Shown here: positions 18,662 to 28,559 of the stretch, one piece after another | How the letters are laid out: each line of letters begins with the position of its first letter | Numbering within the stretch: position 1 is the first letter of the stretch | Assembly (NCBI GenBank): GCA_019057475.1 | Contig: DXJO01000010.1 | Span: forward strand, 192,001 to 256,000 | Direction: 5' to 3' | DNA: 64,000 bases | Origin: Candidatus Thorarchaeota archaeon | GTDB taxonomy: Archaea; Asgardarchaeota; Thorarchaeia; Thorarchaeales; Thorarchaeaceae | The notes under the pieces: generated by a model | Database searches by the model: none | The model's input: only the letters and a program-made list of their open reading frames with translations | What the model was told of the DNA's origin: nothing | Program-made: the position numbers and the translations under genes

Positions 18662-19456
18662 ATGCCCTTCTTTAAGCACAATGGACTCAAACTCCACTAT
18701 GTTGATGAAGCACCCACAGAGCCTGCAGCGGCGAGACCAGCGCTTCTCTTTATCCATGGCGCTGGCGCTTCGCATATGCTTTGGACTCCTCAGGTCAAGC
18801 ATTTCAAACAGACCCACCGAGTCATCGCATTAAATCTATCAGGTCACGCGGAGTCAGAAGCCAAAGAGGAAGATCCCGAAATCGAAACTCAATTTGCTCC
18901 CGAGCTTGCATCGCTGATTCAACATCTATCTCTTGACATCTTTGTTCTGATTGGACATTCCATGGGCGGGGGCGTAGCCATGTCGTACGTCCTGCAAGAT
19001 GGAGTCCGCATGCCTCGAGCACTAGTTTTGGTGAGCACCTCTTCTGACCTTGACATGAGAAAGCGTGGCCCTGGCGTTGCAAAGGAAGCTATCGAGATTA
19101 ACCTGTTCCTTCTTCAGAGTGCGCTCAAGCGGGACAAATCAATTGAATATGAGCTAAAACGTGCGGGGGCCAAGGTGAGCCTGACCAACCCTTGGATAAT
19201 GCAGAGAGACCTTCGTGCCTGTGACCATTTCAACATCTCCGACAGAGTAGGGGAAATCACAATTCCTGCATTTGTAATCGTTGGCGAACACGATGACCTC
19301 ATCCCGCCCTCGATAGCCAAGCAGCTAGAGGAAGCCCTTCCGCGGGCTGATATCGCTGTCGTCAGAGGTGCAAATCATTCACCCATGATTGAACAACCTG
19401 AGGAGTTCAACGGGCTCCTTTCCAAGTTCCTGAAGTGGGTGGAGTCGAATCCATAG
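18662..19456 (+). CDS. Alpha/beta hydrolase
   Basis: FIHGAG oxyanion region, GHSMGG nucleophile elbow, GEHDD acid and ANHSPM His. Start taken at ATG 18662 (ORF track 18626). Confidence 0.9.
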   Translation: MPFFKHNGLKLHYVDEAPTEPAAARPALLFIHGAGASHMLWTPQVKHFKQTHRVIALNLSGHAESEAKEEDPEIETQFAPELASLIQHLSLDIFVLIGHSMGGGVAMSYVLQDGVRMPRALVLVSTSSDLDMRKRGPGVAKEAIEINLFLLQSALKRDKSIEYELKRAGAKVSLTNPWIMQRDLRACDHFNISDRVGEITIPAFVIVGEHDDLIPPSIAKQLEEALPRADIAVVRGANHSPMIEQPEEFNGLLSKFLKWVESNP

Positions 19457-19632
19457 CCCGTTGCTCTCCTCAATTGCCCGCATCTCATCACTCACACTAA
19501 CAGGGGCGTTTAACTCACGAAAGCTTATTAGTGCGCAGCAACCCTGTCCCTCCAAGATAGCTCCCTAGAAAGCCCCCGTGATGATTCCATTATAGTAGGG
19601 CTACACGGGATGAGCAAACGGCGGTCGAATAA

Positions 19633-20190
19633 ATGAGCAGCAGTACGTATGATTATCTGTTCAAGGTTGTTGTTCTGGGAGAAGGCGCCGTAGGAAAAAC
19701 AGCGATCGTAACGCGCTTCTCTCACGGTTTCTTCCGCACTGACTACAAGACGACAATCGGGTCTCAATTCGCCGTCAAGAACATCACCGTGACTAGGACT
19801 GATGGCTCAAAGGTTACGGTGAAGCTGCAAATTTGGGACGTGGCAGGTCAATCACGGTTCCAGATTCTGAGACCAATGTACTATCGCGGTTCAAGCGGCG
19901 GGATTCTTGTCTACGATGTGACTCGAAGAAGGACGTTCATGGTCCTTCAGGAATGGATGGATGAGCTTACAAAGGCTATCAACAAGGAGATTCCTTTAAT
20001 CCTCGTTGCCAATAAGACGGACCTGCCAGACCGCGTGGTGCAGCCCGCTGAGGGGCGCAAGTTCGCTGATGAGCACAATATGCCCTACCTTGAATCGTCA
20101 GCTAAGACGGGCGAGGGCATTGTTGATATATTCGCAAGGCTGGGCAAAACATTGGCACGGACTCGCGAAGAGCACTCAAGTCTGCAGTGA
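19633..20190 (+). CDS. Rab-like small GTPase (eukaryotic signature protein)
   Basis: YDYLFKVVVLGEGAVGKT (G1), TTIG (G2), KLQIWDVAGQ (G3), YYRG, LVYDVT, NKTD (G4) and SAK (G5). Confidence 0.93.
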   Translation: MSSSTYDYLFKVVVLGEGAVGKTAIVTRFSHGFFRTDYKTTIGSQFAVKNITVTRTDGSKVTVKLQIWDVAGQSRFQILRPMYYRGSSGGILVYDVTRRRTFMVLQEWMDELTKAINKEIPLILVANKTDLPDRVVQPAEGRKFADEHNMPYLESSAKTGEGIVDIFARLGKTLARTREEHSSLQ

Positions 20191-20288
20191 CCGGAATTCC
20201 AAGTGCAGGGTTTCTCCAAGAGCATACATCATTTCTGAGGTTTAGCAACTCATATCTGTGAGTGTGAAGCGTAGGAGCTGGGTATCCG

Positions 20289-20870
20289 ATGACGAAGCCT
20301 GATGAACACTACCCAGTGAACTTGTTTCCAGCACTTCAGTGGGCTCTTGATCTGTACTTCAAGAAGCATCCCAAGTACAGGGACCCGCCAATTGTGGAGG
20401 TCATCTTTCCCGCGGGCAGCCACAAGGTGCTCATGAAGACCCTTGGAGAACATGAGATTGTGTTTTGGATGTCAAAGAGGAAGCTCTACGTCAAGGCGAG
20501 ATGCTTGGCGGATAAAGAATGCAAGTTCAACGTTTCAAGGGTAAATGCTGATGATAGGGAAGCGCTCAAGACCATTAACTGGAAGAAGATTGACTCTCGC
20601 CAATTCTTCCAAATAATGCGCAAGTGGGTCATCAGACTTGACCTAGACTTCATCACCCTGATTCGTGCGCTGAATACGATTTGCGACACGCGCGTCAAGA
20701 TACCGCTAACAACTCAATACGGCCGGACTTTCGAAAAGTTTGACGATTACAGGCGCAATCGCTGGCCTGCAGACGCGACGCCGAATAATCCACCCAAGTT
20801 CATTGAGGAAGTCTTAGTGCGAGTGACCTTCTGGTTCATGACGGCTGCAACAGTAGGTGCACTTGTCTGA
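20289..20870 (+). CDS. Hypothetical protein (basic, soluble)
   Basis: 193-aa ORF with normal codon usage filling the gap between co-oriented genes. No recognised motif. Confidence 0.7.
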   Translation: MTKPDEHYPVNLFPALQWALDLYFKKHPKYRDPPIVEVIFPAGSHKVLMKTLGEHEIVFWMSKRKLYVKARCLADKECKFNVSRVNADDREALKTINWKKIDSRQFFQIMRKWVIRLDLDFITLIRALNTICDTRVKIPLTTQYGRTFEKFDDYRRNRWPADATPNNPPKFIEEVLVRVTFWFMTAATVGALV

Positions 20871-20969
20871 ACTGTGCTTGACAGTACGTACTGTGCACAC
20901 GCAAGGAACCAATCACAATTGCTAAAGCGCTGCTATTCTTCTCATGAATCATCAGGTGTATGCTTCAAG

Positions 20970-22100
20970 ATGCTCGTCGGTTTAGTTGTGAATCCGATTG
21001 CGGGAATGGGTGGGCGCGTCGGGCTAAAGGGCACAGACGGTGTTGTCGATGAGGCATTGAAGCTTGGTGCAGAACCCGTTGCGCCTGGCCGTGCCAAGGA
21101 GTTTCTGGAGTCACTCCTTCCCTTAGTTAGTTCAGATGTTCGAAAGATCGAGCTTGTTACTTGCCCGGATGCAATGGGCGCTGATTCTTCCCGCAAGATT
21201 GGAATCAATCATCAAATCGTTGATGTTCAGATTGGAGAACAAACCACTGCAGCTGACACGAAGGCTTGCATTCTGGCTCTGTATAAGGCTGGAGCACGAC
21301 TGATTGTGTTTGTTGGAGGGGATGGAACAGCAAGAGACATCTTTGACACTGTAGAGGAGAACGATCTCAACGACCTCATGATCCTGGGAGTTCCCTCTGG
21401 TGTTAAAATGTATAGCGGCATATTCGTCATTAACCCTCGGGATGCCGCTGACGTAATCCGCCTAGTATCTGAGGGCACTGCAACAATGGCTGAATTCGAG
21501 GTGATGGATGCTGACGAGGCGGCTTTCAGGGAAGACCGGTTTATCATCCGGCTCTATGGATACCTCCGGGGGCCCTCTGTGCCTGCAAGATTTCAAGGTG
21601 CAAAGCAAGCTAGTCCCGAAACTGTTGACGAGCACGAGGCACAAGAGGCTATTGCGAAGTATGTTGTAGAATCCATGACTCAAGATGGCACCTACATTCT
21701 TGGACCTGGTACTACAGTCAAGAATGTGGCTGACATGCTGGGCGTGAAGAAGACCACACTTGGTGTTGATGTCTACAGCGAAGGAACTATCTACAACGAT
21801 GTAAATGAAGAAAAAATCATGAGCATTGTCGAGGACTTCGGAAAAGTCTGGATCATCGTTTCGCCCATTGGCCATCAGGGAATGCTTTTTGGGCGCGGCA
21901 ATCAGCAGATCAGTCCAACAGTGATTCGACAGGTTGACCGTGATAAGATACTCATCATGTCAACTCCTGCTAAGCTCAGGGACATTGAGGGGGGCACGCT
22001 CAAGGTGGACACTGGAGATTCCAATGTGGATGACCTACTTCGCGGGTACATAAGAGTCATAACGGACTATAACGAGCTTAGAATGGTTGAGGTAGAATAG
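20970..22100 (+). CDS. ATP-NAD/AcoX kinase family protein
   Basis: GLVVNPIAGMGGRVGLKGTDG, FVGGDGTARD, GVKMYSG and GRGNQQIS. Start ATG 20970 (ORF track 20874). Confidence 0.85.
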   Translation: MLVGLVVNPIAGMGGRVGLKGTDGVVDEALKLGAEPVAPGRAKEFLESLLPLVSSDVRKIELVTCPDAMGADSSRKIGINHQIVDVQIGEQTTAADTKACILALYKAGARLIVFVGGDGTARDIFDTVEENDLNDLMILGVPSGVKMYSGIFVINPRDAADVIRLVSEGTATMAEFEVMDADEAAFREDRFIIRLYGYLRGPSVPARFQGAKQASPETVDEHEAQEAIAKYVVESMTQDGTYILGPGTTVKNVADMLGVKKTTLGVDVYSEGTIYNDVNEEKIMSIVEDFGKVWIIVSPIGHQGMLFGRGNQQISPTVIRQVDRDKILIMSTPAKLRDIEGGTLKVDTGDSNVDDLLRGYIRVITDYNELRMVEVE

Positions 22101-22155
22101 AAAGAATAATCAACCCCCTGTTGTCTGTTTTGCCGAAGGGCTCAAGCGAGGTGAA

Positions 22156-22890
22156 GTGATGATAGTTCTGATGACTGACTTCTCAGAGTCAGAGTATGCA
22201 GGTATGATGAAGGGAGTGATATACACAATTCATCCTAAGGCTAGAGTGGTAGACCTCACTCATGAGATATCACCTCAATCAGTGAGGGAGGGGGCGTGGG
22301 TTCTATTTCAAGGCTATCAATACTTCCCCAAGAAGACAACCTTCGTATGTGTGGTTGATCCTGGTGTCGGAACTGGACGCGATGCAGTCTTGGTTAGAAC
22401 CAAGAATTACATCTTCATCGGTCCCGATAACGGCTTGATGTACCCCTCCGCATACAAGGATGGCATCAAGGACGTGTTCAAGATTCAGATTGACCAGCCG
22501 GAGTTTACAACCTTTCACGGGCGAGAAATCTTCGCCAAGGTGGCTGCCTATGTGGCTAGCGGAGCCGGCGAGAAGTTTCTAGGGGAACGCAAATCAGATC
22601 TCGACGTCGTCCTGAGGTTTTGGCAGGAGGGACGCAGTGGAGAAGTAGTCCGCGTTGACCATTTTGGCAACATAATCACCAATCTGCCGCCGCTGGACAA
22701 GGATATGTATCATCTAAATTATCGGGCTCTAAATCGGGACATCACATGGGCTGGTACATACGGTGAAGGGCCTGAGTATGATATGTTTCTCGTCACTGGT
22801 AGCGCAGGCACGCTCGAGCTCTCAGTTAAGAATGGACGAGCCGTTGACCGCCTTCCGGCAAGGGTAGGCGACACTATTGTCATCAAGTAG
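22156..22890 (+). CDS. SAM hydroxide adenosyltransferase / chlorinase-fluorinase family (DUF62)
   Basis: LMTDF, VVDPGVGT.R, GPDNGL, TFHGRE.FA and VDHFGNIITN. Confidence 0.92.
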   Translation: MMIVLMTDFSESEYAGMMKGVIYTIHPKARVVDLTHEISPQSVREGAWVLFQGYQYFPKKTTFVCVVDPGVGTGRDAVLVRTKNYIFIGPDNGLMYPSAYKDGIKDVFKIQIDQPEFTTFHGREIFAKVAAYVASGAGEKFLGERKSDLDVVLRFWQEGRSGEVVRVDHFGNIITNLPPLDKDMYHLNYRALNRDITWAGTYGEGPEYDMFLVTGSAGTLELSVKNGRAVDRLPARVGDTIVIK

Positions 22891-23626
22891 ACATTGATGC
22901 GACGTGATACATGCACTCGTCCTCGGCACAGTCCGGGTTTGTTTCTGAATGAGCACAGGACTGAGGCTTGGGAACGGGACCGAGGTCAATGTTGTATTCA
23001 TTCTTGAGCATCTCAATCGCCGCAGTCAGTCCATAGTATGTAGCTCTCTTGCAGCATCGAATAAGCTCGTCTTGTGATAGATCTAGTGCAGCAGACGTTG
23101 TTCGGTGAGCTTGCAGTCTTGGGGTTGCACGTTTGGGTGTAGAATCCAGATACAGAGCTAAGGCAACCCCTGCACCCACACAAGCTCCGCAAGTACCTGC
23201 GTAGCCACAGAATCCGCCAGGAATCTTGGATCCTCTGCGAATTCCCTCAAGAATAACATCCTTAGTTATTGGCGACCCGTCGTGTCTGCTGATTCCTCTG
23301 CTTTTCATAACAATCAGTATCGCTGCGGGAACCAGACTATGATGCTCGGGACCATGGAACTTGAAGCTTGGATGGGTCATCGCTCGGTCCACGATCTCAA
23401 TTGGATCAATGCTAGTTTCTGTTTCCGTCAGGCGATTGAGAAAATCGAGGGCTTCCTCAGCATGACAAATATCGCAGACGAAATGACCTTCGGGGCAGTA
23501 TATGGGCGAGTATGTTGACATACCGCAGAATGTGCAGGTCTGCTCCTTCTCAGTTCCGCCGTAGATCAGAGTGGTACCACAGACAGTACATTCTGAAACA
23601 TGTTCGGTGTCGGCATTCCTGTTCAT
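22883..23626 (-). CDS. Cys-rich metal-binding protein (DUF5714-like)
   Basis: CxxC...CxxC...CPEGHFVCDICH, HGPEHH, GGFCGYAGTCGAC and RCCKR. Start taken at MNRN 23626 (ORF track 23722). Confidence 0.75.
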   Translation of the reverse strand: MNRNADTEHVSECTVCGTTLIYGGTEKEQTCTFCGMSTYSPIYCPEGHFVCDICHAEEALDFLNRLTETETSIDPIEIVDRAMTHPSFKFHGPEHHSLVPAAILIVMKSRGISRHDGSPITKDVILEGIRRGSKIPGGFCGYAGTCGACVGAGVALALYLDSTPKRATPRLQAHRTTSAALDLSQDELIRCCKRATYYGLTAAIEMLKNEYNIDLGPVPKPQSCAHSETNPDCAEDECMYHVASMST

Positions 23627-23779
23627 CGAATCGCCTCTTGCTAGGTTCTCGATTTCCAGCTTGCTTTGATTACAGTTTCGATGGAGGACAGGGGGCGCTA
23701 GTGGTACGATATGTCGCCTCACAACGCTTAACTAGTAAAGCTTACCATATTCTAAAACTGGTTGGAAGTGTGCCTGATG

Positions 23780-24112
23780 ACAGTTGAACAGGCTAGGAGA
23801 GTGGCTCAGAAGCATTACGACCTGCTTCAGCAGGATGATATGGCCAAATGGGTGGACACCCTCACTAATGAAAACAAAAAAGTGGTGCTGACCAAAGGCA
23901 GCTCGCCCAGCATGTGGTGGGATCTAGGTCGGCGTTATTTCGAGCAATACGGCGTCCACTACAAGTTCAACCGCGTGGAAGAAAAGAAAGAGGACTACTG
24001 CAAGCTCTTCTTCACAAGGTATAACGCAGACGGTTCTGTGCGTGGAATGCCTGTGTCTATCCACTTGAGAAAGGTAGATGACAAGTGGAAAGTAGAGCAG
24101 GCATCCCACTGA
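23780..24112 (+). CDS. Small hypothetical protein, possible NTF2-like fold
   Basis: Helical N-terminus, then beta-rich C-terminus ending in LRKVDDKWKV, typical of NTF2-like small domains. ORF 23762-24112. Confidence 0.55.
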   Translation, partial: TVEQARRVAQKHYDLLQQDDMAKWVDTLTNENKKVVLTKGSSPSMWWDLGRRYFEQYGVHYKFNRVEEKKEDYCKLFFTRYNADGSVRGMPVSIHLRKVDDKWKVEQASH

Positions 24113-24160
24113 TTCCCCTACCGCAACAGACCTAAATACGCAGCGCACAACACCGCAACC

Positions 24161-25375
24161 ATGTCTCGGGTTGTTGTTCTAGGTGGCTGTGGAGTTGTCG
24201 GCTCTATTGCCGTTAAGACGCTGACATCAATCGGTGAGTTCGATGAGATAGTGGTTGCTGACCTCAACTACGAAGGAGCACAGACCTGCGTTTCCGAGAT
24301 TGGCGAAGGCTGTTTATCAGCGGTGATGGTGGATGCTTCTAATCCAGATTCCATAAAGGAGGCCATCAAGGGCTCAGATGTGGTGCTTAACTGCTGCGGC
24401 CCCTTCTACAAGCTTGGGCCTATTGTGCTAAAAGCTGTGATCGAATCTAGCATAAACTATGTCGACATCTGTGATGATTACGATGCCACCACGATTCTTC
24501 TTGCAATGGACAAGGCTGCGAAAAAGGCTGGCATCTCAGCACTTACTGGCCTGGGAAGCTCACCCGGTGTTGCGAATCTTCTTGCCAAGCTCTGCGCTGA
24601 CCAGATGCTGGATGAGGTCGAGTCAATTGACATTCTCCATGCTCATGGCGGCGAGCCCAAGGAGGGAGCGGCTGTTGTTGAGCATCGAATCCATAGCATG
24701 ACCTCTCCTATACCCATGTATCTGGATGGGAAGTTCGAAACAGTCGAATACTTTGGCGAGAGCGGACGGGCACTGGAGTTGGACGTTGATTTCCACCGCA
24801 TTGGCGTTTACAGATGCTATCCTTATCCGCATCCTGAAACGATAACGCTGCCCATCTATATCAAGTGTAAGCGTGTCACGAATCTGGGTTGTGTCATACC
24901 CACCCCGTACTATGACCTGATTAGAAACATTGCAAGGTTGGGAATCGTTGGTGAAGACCCGCTAGTTGTCAAGGGGACTGAAGTAATTCCTCTGGATTTC
25001 GCTATTGCCTACATACTGGAGCAGAGAGAGAAGATTCTGAAGGCGACAGATTTCGGGGTGCAGCGTGGCTGCCTTAAGATTATCATTAGGGGCACTGTTG
25101 ATGGGAGGTCGCATCGGTTCGACTTCTCAATGGCTTCTGTGGGCCAATCGATGGGAGAAGGTACGGGCATTCCCGCCGCCATTGGTGCAGTCCTCATGCA
25201 GCGTGGCAAAATCACCAAGAAAGGAGTTCTGCCTCCTGAGGGCTGTGTCAATCCGCTTGACTTCCTTCTAGTCATGAAAGACCAGCTCAAGCTCGAAAAG
25301 GTGAGTGGCGAGGGCTCCCCTCTCATCATCGAGTCAATAGACGCTGATGGCAATGTAGAGCAACTGGAGATTTAG
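24161..25375 (+). CDS. Saccharopine dehydrogenase family oxidoreductase
   Basis: Rossmann VVLGGCGVVG, NCCGPFY, NYVDICDD, GLGSSPG, HPETITLP and GVLPPE. Confidence 0.88.
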   Translation: MSRVVVLGGCGVVGSIAVKTLTSIGEFDEIVVADLNYEGAQTCVSEIGEGCLSAVMVDASNPDSIKEAIKGSDVVLNCCGPFYKLGPIVLKAVIESSINYVDICDDYDATTILLAMDKAAKKAGISALTGLGSSPGVANLLAKLCADQMLDEVESIDILHAHGGEPKEGAAVVEHRIHSMTSPIPMYLDGKFETVEYFGESGRALELDVDFHRIGVYRCYPYPHPETITLPIYIKCKRVTNLGCVIPTPYYDLIRNIARLGIVGEDPLVVKGTEVIPLDFAIAYILEQREKILKATDFGVQRGCLKIIIRGTVDGRSHRFDFSMASVGQSMGEGTGIPAAIGAVLMQRGKITKKGVLPPEGCVNPLDFLLVMKDQLKLEKVSGEGSPLIIESIDADGNVEQLEI

Positions 25376-25411
25376 TTCAGATAGCGAGAATGAGCGTCGG
25401 AGCTGTAGATT

Positions 25412-26461
25412 TTGGCAGATGACAGCATGCATCTTGGAGTTTGGGAGAAGTACCTCGCAGTCTGGGTCGCCCTCTGTATGGCCATTGGCCTCTTGCTGTC
25501 CCAAGCCTTCCCCGGTTTGAGCATAGCGATTAACAGCTGGCAGTACATGGGCATCTCAATACCTATTGGCATATGCCTGTTCCTCATGATTTACCCTGCC
25601 CTCTTGAATATCCAACTAACAGAGATTAGGAAAATCACCAGAGCACCCAAGCCTATAGTCCTCACTATCCTCTCCAACTGGATACTAGCCCCAATAGTTA
25701 CAGTGGTTCTAGCCAATATGTTCCTAGCAGGACATGATCAGCTCATAGTATCCCTGATACTGCTGGGGGCAAGCCCATGCACAGCTATGGTCCTAGTATG
25801 GGGCAAGATGGCTGAGGGCAACCAAGAGCAGAACCTCATCAACACCAGTCTGAACACCGTGACCATCATGATCTTGTACGTGCCCATCGTTACGCTACTG
25901 ACGGGCATTCAAAATATCCCGATCGATTGGATGATGCTCGTGATATCCGTGGTCGTGTTCATAGGCATCCCCATGGTCTTGGGCTACCTTTCAAAGAGAT
26001 ACCTTACCAGCACGCGGGGTGAGGAATGGTTCCAAGGCGTGTACCGACCAGCCGTGGGCAAGGTTTCAGTGATTGCCCTCCTGACGATACTTATCGTATT
26101 GTTTAGCCTGAATGGCAATGTCCTCATCCAGCATCCGGACCTCATACTGCTCGTTTCGATTCCCCTGCTATTAGGATTCTTCATAGTCGTTGGCATCAAT
26201 CTGCTGGTCACGAAGTTCGCTAGCCTCCGGTACGAGGAAGGCATAATTACCGTGATTATTGGTTCTTCAAGCCACTTCGAGATAGCCATCGCGACAGCCA
26301 TCGCCCTCTACGGGCTGGGCTCTCAAGCCGCTCTCGGCACCACGATGGGTCTCTTCTGGGAGGTCCCCATCATGCTAGGCTTGGTCTACCTTGGCAAAAG
26401 GCTCAACAAGAGAGGATTCTGGAATAAAGAAACGGTAGATTCCATTAGTACTATCTCTTAG
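25412..26461 (+). CDS. acr3: ACR3 family arsenite efflux transporter
   Basis: EKYLAVWV, MIYP, NW..AP, ASPCTAMVLVW (conserved Cys), SSHFEIAIA and EVPIML, with about 10 TM segments. Confidence 0.92.
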   Translation: MADDSMHLGVWEKYLAVWVALCMAIGLLLSQAFPGLSIAINSWQYMGISIPIGICLFLMIYPALLNIQLTEIRKITRAPKPIVLTILSNWILAPIVTVVLANMFLAGHDQLIVSLILLGASPCTAMVLVWGKMAEGNQEQNLINTSLNTVTIMILYVPIVTLLTGIQNIPIDWMMLVISVVVFIGIPMVLGYLSKRYLTSTRGEEWFQGVYRPAVGKVSVIALLTILIVLFSLNGNVLIQHPDLILLVSIPLLLGFFIVVGINLLVTKFASLRYEEGIITVIIGSSSHFEIAIATAIALYGLGSQAALGTTMGLFWEVPIMLGLVYLGKRLNKRGFWNKETVDSISTIS

Positions 26462-26500
26462 CCAAGAAGCTTTCCGCTTCAGGAACCGGGATGGCGTTTC

Positions 26501-26836
26501 TCAGGACGCTTTGACTTTCCTCAGGAGCTCGACAGCCTTGTCATCACCGTGTTTGACACGATAGGCGAGCACACCTGCTCTGATAATAGCGTTTTTCTGT
26601 CCCTCAGGATTATCGGGGTCATAGTGGCTGATGAATAACTTGCATGGAAAATCACTGCAGAGACCACAGTGATCCACTCCCTTTCCTTCATGGCATTTGT
26701 AGACCTTGCACCTACCCCACCAAGGCCTGCCTTGGGTTGCCGCACAGCCAAGACATGAATGTTCGTTTTCGCCTTTGTAAGAGGGGCAGTCGCTACATAA
26801 CGCTCCACATATGGAGAAGTGAACGTCGTTTCTCAT
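26501..26836 (-). CDS. Small Cys-rich Fe-S/Zn protein (DUF3795-like)
   Basis: CGALCSDC...CLGC...CKVYKC....DHCGLCSDFPC pattern. Confidence 0.8.
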   Translation of the reverse strand: MRNDVHFSICGALCSDCPSYKGENEHSCLGCAATQGRPWWGRCKVYKCHEGKGVDHCGLCSDFPCKLFISHYDPDNPEGQKNAIIRAGVLAYRVKHGDDKAVELLRKVKAS

Positions 26837-26955
26837 GGCGGTTCTTCGTGAACGTGTTCAAATAAAATACGTGCTCTTCCTTAGAACACGTGTTCCAAGA
26901 AGAGAGTGTTATCTTATTTATAGCGGATTCTCCACTGGTGATAAAGGGATAGGCA

Positions 26956-28536
26956 ATGACAGCCGACGAACGAGAGAGGAAGTATGTCCTAGCGGTGGAC
27001 CATGGCACTTCAGCCATGAAGGTAGCCCTCGCAAACATGAGTGGCGACATTCTCGCCTTTGAAACGGAAAAGACGCCTTTGTACCTCTTGGAAGGTGGTG
27101 GTGCAGAACAGGACCCAGATGAGTGGTGGGCAGCTCTTATCGCCTGTGCTAAGCGGATTGTTGACAGGAATATTGTTCCTGTCGATGACATTATTGCAGT
27201 CTGCAACTCGAGTCAATGGTCCGGTACTGTGGCTGTCGACGCGAATGGCAATCACCTCATGAATGCGATAATCTGGATGGACTCTCGAGGAGCTCCATAC
27301 ATCAGCAAGTACCTACGAGGGATTGTAAACATCCAAGGATACGGCATCTTGAACGTTCTCAAATGGATTCGCAAGACTGGGGGGATTCCCGCCAGCGCTG
27401 GCAAGGACCCAATCGCGCACATCTTGTTCCTGAAGCACGAGCGCCCGGAGATCTATGAAAAAACGCACGTGTTCCTGGAGCCAAAAGATTTCTTGAACCT
27501 GAAGTTCACTGGGAAATTCGCAGCCTCCTATGACTCCATCATGCTTCACTGGCTGGTGAATACCCAGGACATCTGGAATATCCATTACGATGAAGCGCTC
27601 ATCAAGAAATTACGCATAGATAGAAACAAATTACCCCCTTTGCAGAGTTCCATTGATGTACTTGGAGTTGTATCTGGGGACGTTGCAGACCTGATTGGTA
27701 TCAATCGAAACGTGCAGGTCGTAACGGGGTCTCCTGACCTTCAATCTGCTATGATTGGCTCGGGCGCAGTCAAGGATTACGAGGGTCATATCTACATTGG
27801 CACTAGTAGCTGGATACTCTGCCATGTACCTTTCAAGAAGACAGACATCTCCCACAACATGGCTTCAATTCCCTCTACGATTCCCGGCAGATATTTCGTT
27901 GTCAATGAGCAGGAGTCTGCGGGGGCATGCTTAACATTTCTAAGAGACAACATCTTCCACACCGACGACAAGACACGCTATGGCAATCCAGAGGTCTACA
28001 GGGAATTCGATAAGATAGTGGAAGGGGTACCCCCAGGAAGTAACAAGCTAATCTTCACTCCATGGTTGTACGGTGAGCGCACTCCTGTGGAGAATCACAC
28101 AGTACGTGGAGGATTTCACAATCTTTCTCTGCCGGTGGATCGGCCAAATATGATTCGGGCGGTGTTCGAGGGCATTGCTTACAATAGTCGATGGCTGCTG
28201 CAGCTTGTTGAGAAGTTCATTAAGAGGAAGATGGACCCGCTAAATATCATTGGGGGTGGAGCACAGTCCGACATCTGGTGCCAGATATATGCAGATGTCC
28301 TGAACAGGACCATCCGACAGGTCAAGGACCCGATATACGCAAATGCGAGAGGCGCTGCACTCATTGCATCAGTGGGCTTGGGGTACTGCACTTTCGACGA
28401 AATCTGTCATTTGGTCCAGTTCTCGAATGAGTTCAATCCGAATCCCGATAACAGGGCACTCTATGATGAACTCTTTGCTGAGTTTCTGCAGCTATACAAG
28501 AGCAATGAACAGATCTACAAGCGATTGAATGCGTGA
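26956..28536 (+). CDS. FGGY-family carbohydrate kinase (xylulokinase-like)
   Basis: LAVDHGTSAMK, EQDPDEWW, IIWMDSR, YIGTS, P.LYGERTP, RAVFEG and GGGAQS..WCQI.ADV. Confidence 0.9.
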   Translation: MTADERERKYVLAVDHGTSAMKVALANMSGDILAFETEKTPLYLLEGGGAEQDPDEWWAALIACAKRIVDRNIVPVDDIIAVCNSSQWSGTVAVDANGNHLMNAIIWMDSRGAPYISKYLRGIVNIQGYGILNVLKWIRKTGGIPASAGKDPIAHILFLKHERPEIYEKTHVFLEPKDFLNLKFTGKFAASYDSIMLHWLVNTQDIWNIHYDEALIKKLRIDRNKLPPLQSSIDVLGVVSGDVADLIGINRNVQVVTGSPDLQSAMIGSGAVKDYEGHIYIGTSSWILCHVPFKKTDISHNMASIPSTIPGRYFVVNEQESAGACLTFLRDNIFHTDDKTRYGNPEVYREFDKIVEGVPPGSNKLIFTPWLYGERTPVENHTVRGGFHNLSLPVDRPNMIRAVFEGIAYNSRWLLQLVEKFIKRKMDPLNIIGGGAQSDIWCQIYADVLNRTIRQVKDPIYANARGAALIASVGLGYCTFDEICHLVQFSNEFNPNPDNRALYDELFAEFLQLYKSNEQIYKRLNA

Positions 28537-28559
28537 CAGTAGAGCAAGTCACTGCCGGT

